NCBI GenBank assembly: GCA_964016885.1
Contig: OZ024757.1
Location: 930,001-994,000 of the forward strand
Reading direction: 5' to 3'
Length of the DNA: 64,000 bases
From: Eledone cirrhosa
Lineage: Eukaryota
Shown: positions 1 to 13,663 of the stretch, piece after piece
Layout of the letters: each line of letters starts with the position of its first letter
Numbering within the stretch: position 1 is the stretch's first letter
Notes under the pieces: model-generated
Seen by the model: the letters and a program-made list of their open reading frames with translations, nothing else
Told to the model about the DNA's origin: nothing
The model's database searches: none
Program-made: the position numbers and the translations under genes

Positions 1-1596
1 TCACTATCTCACACTTGTATCTACTGTCTTCACCCTAATGTCACTATCTCACCCTAGTAACTACTGTCTCCACCCTAATGTCACTATCACACCCCAGTAG
101 TTATTGTCTCCACCGGAATGTCACTATCTCACCCCAGTAGCTAGTGTCTTCACCCTAATGTCACTATGTCACCCTAGAAGCCATTGTCTCCACCCCAATG
201 GCACTATCTCACCCTAGTAGCTAATGTCTCCACCCCAATGTCACTATCTCAACCTATTACCTACCGTTTTCACCCTAATGTCAATATCTCACCCTAGTAG
301 CTACCGTCTTCACCCCAATGTCACTATCTCACCCTAGTAGCTATTATCTCCACCCCAATGTCACTATCTCACCCTAGTAGCCATTGTGCCGACCCCAATG
401 TCACTATCTCACCCTAGTAGCTACTGTCTTTACCCTAATGTCACTATGTCACCCTAGTAGCCATTGTCATCACCCAATTTCACTATCTCACCCTAGTAGC
501 TACAGTCTTCATACCAATGTCACTATCTCACTTTAGTAGCTACAGCCTTCACCCCAATGTCACTATCTCACCCTAGTAGCTACTGTCTTTACCCTAATGT
601 CACTATGTCACCCTAGTAATTACTGTCTCCGCCCTAATTTCACTATCTCCCCCTAATAGCTACTGGCTCCATTCTCGTAGCTCTTGTCTTCACCCCAATG
701 TCACTATCTCACCCTAGTAGCTATTGTCTCCACCCCAATGTCACTATCTCACCCTAGTAACTACTGTCTCCACCCAATGTTACTATCTCACACTAGTAGC
801 TACTGTCTTCACCGTAATGTCACTATCTCACCCTAGTAGCTACTGTCTCCACCCAAATGTCACTCTCACACCCCAGTAGTTATTGTCTCCACCCCAATGT
901 CACTATCTCACCCTAATGTCACTATCTCACCCTAGTAGCTACTGTCTTTACCCCAAAGTCACTATATAACCCTAGTAGCGACTGTATTCACCCCGATGTC
1001 ATTCTAACCCTAGTTGCCATTGTCTTCACCCTAATGTCAATATCTCACCCTAGTAGTTACTGTCTCCACCCCAATGTCACTATCTCACCCTAGTAGCTAC
1101 TGTCTTCACCCCAATATCACTATCTCACCCTAGTAGATACTGTCTCCACGCCAATGTCACTATCTCACCCTAGTATCTACTGTCTGCATCCTAATGTCAC
1201 TATCTCACCCTAGTAGCTACTGTCTTCACACTAATTTCACTATCTCAGCCTAGTAGCTACTATCTTCACCCTAATTTCAATAGATCACCCTAGTAGCCAT
1301 TGTCTTCACCCTAATGTCACTATCTCACCCTAATAGCTACAGTCTTCACACCAATGTCACTATCTCACCCTAGTAGCTACTCTCTTCACCCTAATGTCAC
1401 TATGTCACCCTAGTAGCCATTGTCTTCACCCCAATGTCACTATCTCACCTTAGTAGCTACTGTCTTCACCCTAATGAAACTATCTCACCCTAGTAGCTAC
1501 TGTCTTTACCCCAATGTCACTGTCTCCACCCTAGTATCTATTGTCTCCACCCCAATGTCACTATTTCACCCTAGTAGCTACTGTCTCCACCCTAAT
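1..1596. repeat. 40-bp tandem satellite built from two related 20-bp subunits
   Basis: Unit TCACTATCTCACCCTAGTAG-CTACTGTCTTCACCCYAATG repeats about 40 times with moderate divergence. It runs off the window start and into the N gap. Confidence 0.95.
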
Positions 1597-1796
1597 NNNN
1601 NNNNNNNNNNNNNNNNNNNNNNNNNNNNNNNNNNNNNNNNNNNNNNNNNNNNNNNNNNNNNNNNNNNNNNNNNNNNNNNNNNNNNNNNNNNNNNNNNNNN
1701 NNNNNNNNNNNNNNNNNNNNNNNNNNNNNNNNNNNNNNNNNNNNNNNNNNNNNNNNNNNNNNNNNNNNNNNNNNNNNNNNNNNNNNNNNNNNNNNN
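1597..1796. other. Assembly gap (200 N)
   Basis: Run of N separating two different satellites. Confidence 0.99.
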
Positions 1797-4700
1797 AAAA
1801 GTAGAGTGGCCCAGCTGGAGCAGTGATATATTACAGTAGAGTGACCCAGCTGGAGCAGTGATATATTACAGTAGACTGGCCCAGCTGGAGCAGTGATATA
1901 TTACAGTAGAGTGGCCCAGCTGGAGCAGTGATATATTACAAGTAGAGTGGCCCAGCTGGAGCAGTGATATATTACAGTAGACTGGCCCAGCTGGAGCAGT
2001 GATATATTACAGTAGAGTGGCCCAGCTGGAGCAGTGATATATTACAGTAGACTGGCCCAGCTGGAGCAGTGATATATTACAGTAGAGTGGCCCAGCTGGA
2101 GCAGTGATATATTACAGTAGAGCTGGCGCCAGCTGGAGCAGTGATATATTACAGTAGACTGGCCCAGCTGGAGCAGTGATATATTACAGTAGAGTGGCCC
2201 AGCTGGAGCAGTGATATATTACAGTAGAGTGGACCCAGCTGGAGCAGTGATATATTACAGTAGAGCTGGCCCAGCTGGAGCAGTGATATATTACAGTAGA
2301 GTGGCCCAGCTGGAGCAGTGATATATTACAGTAGAGTGGCCCAGCTGGAGCAGTGATATATTACAGTAGAGTGGCCCAGCTGGAGCAGTGATATATTACA
2401 GTAGAGTGGCCCAGCTGGAGCAGTGATATATTACAGTAGAGTGGCCCAGCTGGAGCAGTGATATATTACAGTAGAGTGGCCCAGCTGGAGCAGTGATATA
2501 TTACAGTAGAGTGACCCAGCTGGAGCAGTGATATATTACAGTAGACTGGCCCAGCTGGAGCAGTGATATATTACAGTAGAGTGGCCCAGCTGGAGCAGTG
2601 ATATATTACAGTAGAGTGGCCCAGCTGGAGCAGTGATATATTACAGTAGAGCTGGCCCAGCTGGAGCAGTGATATATTACAGTAGAGTGGCCCAGCTGGA
2701 GCAGTGATATATTACAGTAGAGTGGCCCAGCTGGAGCAGTGATATATTACAGTAGACTGGCCCAGCTGGAGCAGTGATATATTACAGTAGAGCTGGCCCA
2801 GCTGGAGCAGTGATATATTACAGTAGACTGGCCCAGCTGGAGCAGTGATATATTACAGTAGACAGTGGCCCAGCTGGAGCAGTGATATATTACAGTAGAG
2901 CTGGCCCAGCTGGAGCAGTGATATATTACAGTAGAGTGGCCCAGCTGGAGCAGTGATATATTACAGTAGACTGGCCCAGCTGGAGCAGTGATATATTACA
3001 GTAGACTGGCCCAGCTGGAGCAGTGATATATTACAGTAGAGTGGCCCCAGCTGGAGCAGTGATATAATACAGTAGAGTGGCCCAGCTGGAGCAGTGATAT
3101 AATACAGTAGAGTGGCCCAGCTGGAGCAGTGATATATTACAGTAGAGTGGCCCAGCTGGAGCAGTGCTATATTACAGTAGAGTGGCCCAGCTGGAGCAGT
3201 GATATAAAAAAGTAGAGTGGCCCAGCTGGAGCAGTGATATATTACAGTAGAGTGACCCAGCTGGAGCAGTGATATATTACAGTAGACGTGGCCCAGCTGG
3301 AGCAGTGATATATTACAGTAGAGTGGCCCAGCTGGAGCAGTGATATATTACAGATAGAGTGGCCCAGCTGGAGCAGTGATATATTACAGTAGAGCTGGCC
3401 CAGCTGGAGCAGTGATATATTACAGTAGAGTGGCCCAGCTGGAGCAGTGATATATTACAGTAGAGTGGCCCAGCTGGTGCAGTGATATATTACAGTAGAG
3501 TGACCCAGCTGGAGCAGTGATATATTACAGTAGACTGGCCCAGCTGGAGCAGTGATATATTACAGTAGAGTCGGCCCAGCTGGAGCAGTGATATATTACA
3601 GTAGAGTGGCCCAGCTGGAGCAGTGATATATTACAGTAGAGTGACCCAGCTGGAGCAGTGATATATTACAGTAGACTGGCCCAGCTGGAGCAGTGATATA
3701 TTACAGTAGAGTGGCCCAGCTGGAGCAGTGATATATTACAGTAGAGTGACCCAGCTGGAGCAGTGATATATTACAGTAGACTGGCCCAGCTGGAGCAGTG
3801 ATATATTACAGTAGAGTGGCCCAGCTGGAGCAGTGATATATTACAGTAGAGTGGCCCAGCTGGAGCAGTGATATATTACAGTAGAGTGACCCAGCTGGAG
3901 CAGTGATATATTACAGTAGACTGGCCCAGCTGGAGCAGTGATATATTACAGTAGAGCTGGCCCAGCTGGAGCAGTGATATATTACAGTAGAGTGGCCCAG
4001 CTGGAGCAGTGAATATATTACAGTAGACTGGCCCAGCTGGAGCAGTGATATATTACAGTAGACTGGCCCAGCTGGAGCAGTGATATATTACAGTAGAGTG
4101 GCCCAGCTGGAGCAGTGATATATTACAGTAGAGTGACCCAGCTGGAGCAGTGATATATTACAGTAGAGTGAGCCCAGCTGGAGCAGTGATATATTACAGT
4201 AGAGTGGCACAGCTGGAGCAGTGATATATTACAGTAGAGTGGCCCAGCTGGAGCAGTGATATATTACAGTAGAGTGGCCCAGCTGGAGCAGTGAAATATT
4301 ACAGTAGACTGGCTCAGCTGGAGCAGTGATATATTACAGTAGAGTGACCCAGCTGGAGCAGTGATATATTACAGTAGAGTGACACAGCTGGAGCAGTGAT
4401 ATATTACAGTAGACTGGCCCAGCTGGAGCAGTGATATATTACAGTAGAGTGGCCCAGCTGGTGCAGTGATATATTACAGTAGAGTGACCCAGCTGGAGCA
4501 GTGATATATTACAGTAGAGTGGCCCAGCTGGAGCAGTGATATATTACAGTAGAGTGGCCCAGCTGGAGCAGTGATATATTACAGTAGAGTGGCCCAGCTG
4601 GAGCAGTGATATATTACAGTAGAGTGACCCAGCTGGAGCAGTGATATATTACAGTAGACTGGCCCAGCTGGAGCAGTGATATATTACAGTAGAGTGGCCC

Positions 4701-7700
4701 AGCTGGAGCAGTGATATATTACAGTAGAGTGACCCAGCTGGAGCAGTGATATATTACAGTAGACTGGCCCAGCTGGAGCAGTGATATATTACAGTAGAGT
4801 GGCCCAGCTGGAGCAGTGATATATTACAGTAGAGTGGCCCAGCTGGAGCAGTGATATATTACAGTAGAGTGGACCCAGCTGGAGCAGTGATATATTACAG
4901 TAGACTGGCCCAGCTGGAGCAGTGATATATTACAGTAGACTGGCCCAGCTGGAGCAGTGATATATTACAGTAGAGTGGCCCAGCTGGAGCAGTGATATAT
5001 TACAGTAGAGTGGCCCAGCTGGAGCAGTGATATATTACAGTAGAGTGGCACAGCTGGAGCAGTGATATATTACAGTAGACTGGCCCAGCTGGAGCAGTGA
5101 TATATTACAGTAGAGTGGCCCAGCTGGAGCAGTGATATATTACAGTAGAGTGACCCAGCTGGAGCAGTGATATATTACAGTAGAGTGACCCAGCTGGAGC
5201 AGTGATATATTACAGTAGAGTGGCACAGCTGGAGCAGTGATATATTACAGTAGAGTGGCCCAGCTGGAGCAGTGATATATTACAGTAGAGTGGCCCAGCT
5301 GGAGCAGTGATATATTACAGTAGACTGGCCCAGCTGGAGCAGTGATATATTACAGTAGAGTGACCCAGCTGGAGCAGTGATATATTACAGTAGAGTGACA
5401 CAGCTGGAGCAGTGATATATTACAGTAGACTGGCCCAGCTGGAGCAGTGATATATTACAGTAGAGTGGCCCAGCTGGAGCAGTGATATATTACAGTAGAC
5501 TGGCCCAGCTGGAGCAGTGATATATTACAGTAGAGTGACCCAGCTGGAGCAGTGAATATATTACAGTAGACTGGCCCAGCTGGAGCAGTGATATATTACA
5601 GTAGACTGGCCCAGCTGGAGCAGTGATATATTACAGTAGAGTGACCCAGCTGGAGCAGTGATATATTACAGTAGACTGGCCCAGCTGGAGCAGTGATATA
5701 TTACAGTAGAGTGACCCAGCTGGAGCAGTGATATATTACAGTAGACTGGCCCAGCTGGAGCAGTGATATATTACAGTAGAGCTGGCCCAGCTGGAGCAGT
5801 GATATAATACAGTAGAGTGGCCCAGCTGGAGCAGTGATATAATACAGTAGAGTTGCCCAGCTGGAGCAGTGATATATTACAGTAGAGTGGCCCAGCTGGA
5901 GCAGTGATATATTACAGTAGACTGGCCCAGCTCGGGCAGTGATATATTACAGTAGAGTGGCCCAGCTGGTGCAGTGATATATTACAGTAGACTGGCCCAG
6001 CTGGAGCAGTGATATATTACAGTAGAGTGACCCAGCTGGAGCAGTGATATATTACAGTAGAGCTGGCCCAGCTGGAGCAGTGATATATTACAGTAGACTG
6101 GCCCAGCTGGAGCAGTGATATATTACAGTAGACTGGCCCAGCTGGAGCAGTGATATATTACAGTAGACTGGCCCAGCTGGAGCAGTGATATATTACAGTA
6201 GAGTGGCCCAGCTCGAGCAGTGATATATTACAGTAGAGTGGCCCAGCTGGAGCAGTGATATATTACAGTAGACTGGCCCAGCTGGAGCAGTGATATATTA
6301 CAGTAGAGTGGCCCAGCTGGTGCAGTGATATAATACAGTAGAGTGGCCCAGCTGGAGCAGTGATATATTACAGTAGACTGGCCCAGCTAGTGCAGTGATA
6401 TATTACAGTAGACTGGCCCAGCTGGTGCAGTGATATATTACAGTAGACTGGCCCAGCTGGTGCAGTGATATATTACAGTAGAGTGGCCCAGCTGGAGCAG
6501 TGATATATTACAGTAGAGTGACCCAGCTGGAGCAGTGATATATTACAGTAGAGTGACCCAGCTGGAGCAGTAATATATTACAGTAGACTGGCCCAGCTGG
6601 AGCAGTGATATATTACAGTAGAGTGGCCCAGCTGGAGCAGTGATATATTACAGTAGACTGGCCCAGCTGGAGCAGTGCTATATTACAGTAGAGTTGCCCA
6701 GCTGGAGCAGTGATATATTACAGTAGAGTGGACCCAGCTGGAGCAGTGATATAATACAGTAGACTGGCCCAGCTGGAGCAGTGATATATTACAGTAGACT
6801 GGCCCAGCTGGAGCAGTGATATATTACAGTAGACTGGCCCAGCTGGAGCAGTGATATAATACAGTAGAGTGGCCCAGCTGGAGCAGTGATATAATACAGT
6901 AGAGTGGCCCAGCTGGAGCAGTGATATATTACAGTAGACTGGCCCAGCTGGAGCAGTGATATATTACAGTAGAGTGGCCCAGCTGGAGCAGTGATATAAT
7001 ACAGTAGATTGACCCAGCTGGAGCAGTGATATATTACAGTAGAGTGGCCCAGCTGGAGCAGTGATATATTACAGTAGACTGGCCCAGCTGGAGCAGTGAT
7101 ATATTACAGTAGAGTGGCCCAGCTGGAGCAGTGATATATTACAGTAGAGTGGCCCAGCTGGAGCAGTGATATATTACAGTAGAGTGGCCCAGCTGGAGCA
7201 GTGATATAATACAGTAGAGTGGCCCAGCTGGAGCAGTGATATATTACAGTAGAGTGGCCCAGCTGGAGCAGTGATATAATACAGTAGAGTGACCCAGATG
7301 GAGCAGTGATATAATACAGTAGACTGGCCCAGCTGGAGCAGTGATATATTACAGTAGACTGGCCCAGCTGGAGCAGTGATATATTACAGTAGAGTGGCCC
7401 AGCTGGAGCAGTGATATATTACAGTAGACTGGCCCAGCTAGAGCAGTGATATATTACAGTAGAGTGGCCCAGCTGGAGCAGTGATATATTACAGTAGAGT
7501 GGACCCAGCTGGAGCAGTGATATATTACAGTAGAGTGGCCCAGCTGGAGCAGTGATATATTACAGTAGAGTGACCCAGCTGGAGCAGTGATATATTACAG
7601 TAGAGTGGCCCAGCTGGAGCAGTGATATATTACAGTAGAGTGACCCAGCTGGAGCAGTGATATATTACAGTAGAGTGGCCCAGCTGGAGCAGTGATATAT

Positions 7701-10700
7701 TACAGTAGAGTGGCCCAGCTGGAGCAGTGATATATTACAGTAGAGTGACCCAGCTGGAGCAGTGATATATTACAGTAGAGTGACCCAGCTGGAGCAGTGA
7801 TATATTACAGTAGAGTGGCACAGCTGGAGCAGTGATATATTACAGTAGAGTGGCCCAGCTGGAGCAGTGATATATTACAGTAGAGTGACCCAGCTGGAGC
7901 AGTGATATATTACAGTAGAGTGACCCAGCTGGAGCAGTGATATATTACAGTAGACTGGCCCAGCTGGAGCAGTGATATATTACAGTAGACTGGCCCAGCT
8001 GGAGCAGTGATATATTACAGTAGAGTGACCCAGCTGGAGCAGTGATATATTACAGTAGAGTGACCCAGCTGGAGCAGTGCTATATTACAGTAGAGTTGCC
8101 CAGCTGGAGCAGTGATATATTACAGTAGAGTGACCCAGCTGGAGCAGTGATATATTACAGTAGACTGGCCCAGCTGGAGCAGTGATATAATACAGTAGAG
8201 TGGCCCAGCTGGAGCAGTGATATAATTCAGTAGAGTGGCCCAGCTGGAGCAGTGATATATTACAGTAGACTGGCCCAGCTGGAGCAGTGATATATTACAG
8301 TAGAGTGGCCCAGCTGGAGCAGTGATATAATAGAGTAGAGTGACCCAGCTGGAGCAGTGATATATTACAGTAGAGTGGCCCAGCTGGAGCAGTGATATAT
8401 TACAGTAGAGTGGCCCAGCTGGAGCAGTGATATATTACAGTAGAGTGGCCCAGCTGGAGCAGTGATATATTACAGTAGAGTGGCCCAGCTGGAGCAGTGA
8501 TATATTACAGTAGAGTGGCCCAGCTGGAGCAGTGATATAATACAGTAGAGTGACCCAGATGGAGCAGTGATATAATACAGTAGAGTGGCCCAGCTGGAGC
8601 AGTGATATATTACAGTAGACTGGCCCAGCTGGAGCAGTGCTATATTAAAGTAGAGTTGCCCAGCTGGAGCAGTGATATATTACAGTAGACTGGCCCAGCT
8701 GGAGCAGTGATATATTACAGTAGAGTGACCCAGCTGTAGCAGTGATATATTACAGTAGAGTGACCCAGCTGGAGCAGTGCTATATTACAGTAGAGTTGCC
8801 CAGCTGGAGCAGTGATATATTACAGTAGACTGGCCCAGCTGGAGCAGTGATATAATACAGTAGAGTGGCCCAGCTGGAGCAGTGATATAATACAGTAGAG
8901 TGGCCCAGCTGGAGCAGTGATATATTACAGTAGACTGGCCCAGCTGGAGCAGTGATATATTACAGTAGAGTGGCCCAGCTGGAGCAGTGATATAATACAG
9001 TAGAGTGGCCCAGCTGGAGCAGTGATATATTACAGTAGACTGGCCCAGCTGGAGCAGTGATATATTACAGTAGAGTGGCCCAGCTGGAGCAGTGATATAA
9101 TACAGTAGAGTGACCCAGCTGGAGCAGTGATATATTACAGTAGAGTGGCCCAGCTGGAGCAGTGATATATTACAGTAGAGTGGCCCAGCTGGAGCAGTGA
9201 TATATTACAGTAGACTGGCCCAGCTTTGAGCAGTGATATATTACAGTAGACTGGCCCAGCTGGAGCAGTGATATATTACAGTAGAGTGGCCCAGCTGGAG
9301 CAGTGATATATTACAGTAGACTGGCCCAGCTGGAGCAGTGATATATTACAGTAGACTGGCCCAGCTGGAGCAGTGATATATTACAGTAGACTGGCCCAGC
9401 TGGAGCAGTGATATAATACAGTAGACTGGCCCAGCTGGAGCAGTGATATATTACAGTATAGTGGCCCAGCTGGAGCAGTGATATATTACAGTAGACTGGC
9501 TCAGCTGGAGCAGTGATATATTACAGTAGACTGGCCCAGCTGGAGCAGTGATATATTACAGTAGAGTGGCCCAGCTGGAGCAGTGATATATTACAGTAGA
9601 GTGGCCCAGCTCGAGCAGTGATATAATACAGTAGAGTGGCCCAGCTGGAGCAGTGATATATTACAGTAGAGTGGCCCAGCTGGAGCAGTGATATATTACA
9701 GTAGAGTGGCCCAGCTGGAGCAGTGATATATTACAGTAGACTGGCCCAGCTGGAGCAGTGATATATTACAGTAGACTGGCCCAGCTGGAGCAGTGATATA
9801 TTACAGTAGACTGGCCCAGCTAGAGCAGTGATATATTACAGTAGAGTGGCACAGCTGGAGCAGTGATATAATACAGTAGAGTGACCCAGCTGGAGCAGTG
9901 ATATATTACAGTAGAGTGACCCAGCTGGAGCAGTGATATATTACAGTAGAGTGGCACAGCTGGAGCAGTGATATATTACAGTAGAGTGGCCCAGCTGGAG
10001 CACTGATATATTACAGTAGAGTGACCCAGCTGGAGCAGTGATATATTACAGTAGACTGGCCCAGCTGGAGCAGTGATATATTACAGTAGAGTGACCCAGC
10101 TGGAGCAGTGATATATTACAGTAGAGTGGCACAGCTGGAGCAGTGATATATTACAGTAGAGTGGCCCAGCTGGAGCAGTGATATATTACAGTAGAGTGAC
10201 CCAGCTGGAGCAGTGATATATTACAGTAGACTGGCCCAGCTGGAGCAGTGATATATTACAGTAGACTGGCCCAGCTGGAGCAGTGATATATTACAGTAGA
10301 GTGGCCCAGCTGGAGCAGTGATATAATACAGTAGAGTTGCCCAGCTGGAGCAGTGATATATTACAGTAGAGTGGCCCAGCTGGAGCAGTGATATATTACA
10401 GTAGACTGGCCAGCTGGAGCAGTGATATATTACAGTAGAGTGGCCCAGCTGGTGCAGTGATATATTACAGTAGACTGGCCCAGCTGGAGCAGTGATATAT
10501 TACAGTAGACTGGCCCAGCTGGAGCAGTGATATATTACAGTAGAGTGGCCCAGCTGGAGCAGTGATATATTACAGTAGACTGGCCCAGCTGGAGCAGTGA
10601 TATATTACAGTAGACTGGCCCAGCTGGAGCAGTGATATATTACAGTAGAGTGGCCCAGCTGGAGCAGTGATATATTACAGTAGACTGGCCCAGCTGGAGC

Positions 10701-13663
10701 AGTGATATATTACAGTAGACTGGCCCAGCTGGAGCAGTGATATATTACAGTAGACTGGCCCAGCTGGAGCAGTGATATAATACAGTAGACTGGCCCAGCT
10801 GGAGCAGTGATATATTACAGTATAGTGGCCCAGCTGGAGCAGTGATATATTACAGTAGACTGGCTCAGCTGGAGCAGTGATATATTACAGTAGACTGGCC
10901 CAGCTGGAGCAGTGATATATTACAGTAGAGTGGCCCAGCTGGAGCAGTGATATATTACAGTAGAGTGGCCCAGCTCGAGCAGTGATATAATACAGTAGAG
11001 TGGCCCAGCTGGAGCAGTGATATATTACAGTAGAGTGGCCCAGCTGGAGCAGTGATATATTACAGTAGAGTGGCCCAGCTGGAGCAGTGATATATTACAG
11101 TAGACTGGCCCAGCTGGAGCAGTGATATATTACAGTAGACTGGCCCAGCTGGAGCAGTGATATATTACAGTAGACTGGCCCAGCTAGAGCAGTGATATAT
11201 TACAGTAGAGTGGCACAGCTGGAGCAGTGATATAATACAGTAGAGTGACCCAGCTGGAGCAGTGATATATTACAGTAGAGTGACCCAGCTGGAGCAGTGA
11301 TATATTACAGTAGAGTGGCACAGCTGGAGCAGTGATATATTACAGTAGAGTGGCCCAGCTGGAGCACTGATATATTACAGTAGAGTGACCCAGCTGGAGC
11401 AGTGATATATTACAGTAGACTGGCCCAGCTGGAGCAGTGATATATTACAGTAGACTGGCCCAGCTGGAGCAGTGATATATTACAGTAGAGTGGCCCAGCT
11501 GGAGCAGTGATATAATACTGTAGAGTTGCCCAGCTGGAGCAGTGATATATTACAGTAGAGTGGCCCAGCTGGAGCAGTGATATATTACAGTAGACTGGCC
11601 CAGCTGGAGCAGTGATATATTACAGTAGAGTGGCCCAGCTGGTGCAGTGATATATTACAGTAGACTGGCCCAGCTGGAGCAGTGATATATTACAGTAGAC
11701 TGGCCCAGCTGGAGCAGTGATATATTACAGTAGAGTGGCCCAGCTGGAGCAGTGATATATTACAGTAGACTGGCCCAGCTGGAGCAGTGATATATTACAG
11801 TAGACTGGCCCAGCTGGAGCAGTGATATATTACAGTAGAGTGGCCCAGCTGGAGTGATATATTACAGTAGACTGGCCCAGCTGGAGCAGTGATATATTAC
11901 AGTAGACTGGCCCAGCTGGAGCAGTGATATATTACAGTAGAGTGGCCCAGCTGGAGCAGTGATATATTACAGTAGACTGGCCCAGCTGGAGCAGTGATAT
12001 ATTACAGTAGACTGGCCCAGCTGGAGCAGTGATATATTACAGTAGACTGGCCCAGCTGGAGCAGTGATATAATACAGTAGACTGGCCCAGCTGGAGCAGT
12101 GATATATTACAGTATAGTGGCCCAGCTGGAGCAGTGATATATTACAGTAGACTGGCCCAGCTGGAGCAGTGATATATTACAGTAGACTGGCCCAGCTGGA
12201 GCAGTGATATATTACAGTAGAGTGGCCCAGCTGGAGCAGTGATATATTACAGTAGAGTGGCCCAGCTCGAGCAGTGATATAATACAGTAGAGTGGCCCAG
12301 CTGGAGCAGTGATATATTACAGTAGAGTGGCCCAGCTGGAGCAGTGATATATTACAGTAGAGTGGCCCAGCTGGAGCAGTGATATATTACAGTAGAGTGG
12401 CCCAGCTGGAGCAGTGATATAATACAGTAGACTGGCCCAGCTGGAGCAGTGATATATTACAGTATAGTGGCCCAGCTGGAGCAGTGATATATTACAGTAA
12501 ACTGGCCCAGCTGGAGCAGTGATATATTACAGTACAGTGGCCCAGCTGGAGCAGTGATATATTACAGTAGACTGGCCCAGCTGGAGCAGTGATATATTAC
12601 AGTAGACTGGCCCAGCTGGAGCAGTGATATATTACAGTAGACTGGCCCAGCTGGAGCAGTGATATATTACAGTAGAGTGGCCCAGCTGGAGCAGTGATAT
12701 AATACAGTAGAGTGGCCCAGCTGGAGCAGTGATATAATACAGTAGAGTGGCCCAGCTGGAGCAGTGATATATTACAGTAGAGTGACCCAGCTGGAGCAGT
12801 GATATAATACAGTAGAGTGGCTCAGCTGGAGCAGTGATATAATACAGTAGAGTGGCCCAGCTGGAGCAGTGATATAATACAGTAGACTGGCCCAGCTGGA
12901 GCAGTGATATAATACAGTAGAGTGGCCCAGCTGGAGCAGTGATATAATACAGTAGAGTGGCCCAGCTGGAGCAGTGATATAATACAGTAGAGTGGCCCAG
13001 CTGGAGCAGTGATATAATACAGTAGACTGGCCCAGCTGGAGCAGTGATATATTACAGTAGAGTGGCACAGCTGGAGCAGTGATATAATACAGTAGAGTGG
13101 CCCAGCTGGAGCAGTGATATAATACAGTAGACTGGCCCAGCTGGAGCAGTGATATATTACAGTAGAGTGACCCAGCTGGAGCAGTGATATATTACAGTAG
13201 AGTGGCCCAGCTGGAGCAGTGATATAATACAGTAGAGTGGCCCAGCTGGAGCAGTGATATAATACAGTAGAGTGGCCCAGCTGGAGCAGTGATATATTAC
13301 AGTAGAGTGGCCCAGCTGGAGCAGTGATATATTACAGTAGAGTGGCCCAGCTGGTGCAGTGATATATTACAGTAGACTGGCCCAGCTGGAGCAGTGATAT
13401 ATTACAGTAGACTGGCCCAGCTGGAGCAGTGAAATATTACAGTAGAATGACCCAGCTGGAGCAGTGATATATTACAGTAGAGTGGCCCAGCTGGAGCAGT
13501 AATATATTACAGTAGACTGGCCCAGCTGGAGCAGTGATATATTACAGTAGAGTGACCCAGCTGGAGCAGTGATATATTACAGTAGACTGGCCCAGCTGGA
13601 GCAGTGATATATTACAGTAGAGTGGCCCAGCTGGAGCAGTGATATAATACAGTAGACTGGCCC
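1797..13663. repeat. 35-bp tandem satellite, about 340 copies
   Basis: Highly homogeneous unit AGTAGASTGRCCCAGCTGGAGCAGTGATATAWTAC, containing the palindrome CCAGCTGG. Confidence 0.98.

Noticed and set aside
1-1596. Telomeric repeat (CCCTAA-like motifs)
   Set aside because: CCCTAA/CCCTAG occurs only once per 20-bp subunit, not as a tandem hexamer tract.
1797-6100. 36-38-bp variant units (GAGCTGG, GGACCC, GACGTGG) near the gap
   Set aside because: They look like merges of two common alleles and cluster near the contig end, so they are likely consensus errors.
1797-13663. CRISPR-like array (35-bp repeat with an internal palindrome)
   Set aside because: Units are head-to-tail with no unique spacers, there are no cas genes, and the context is eukaryotic.
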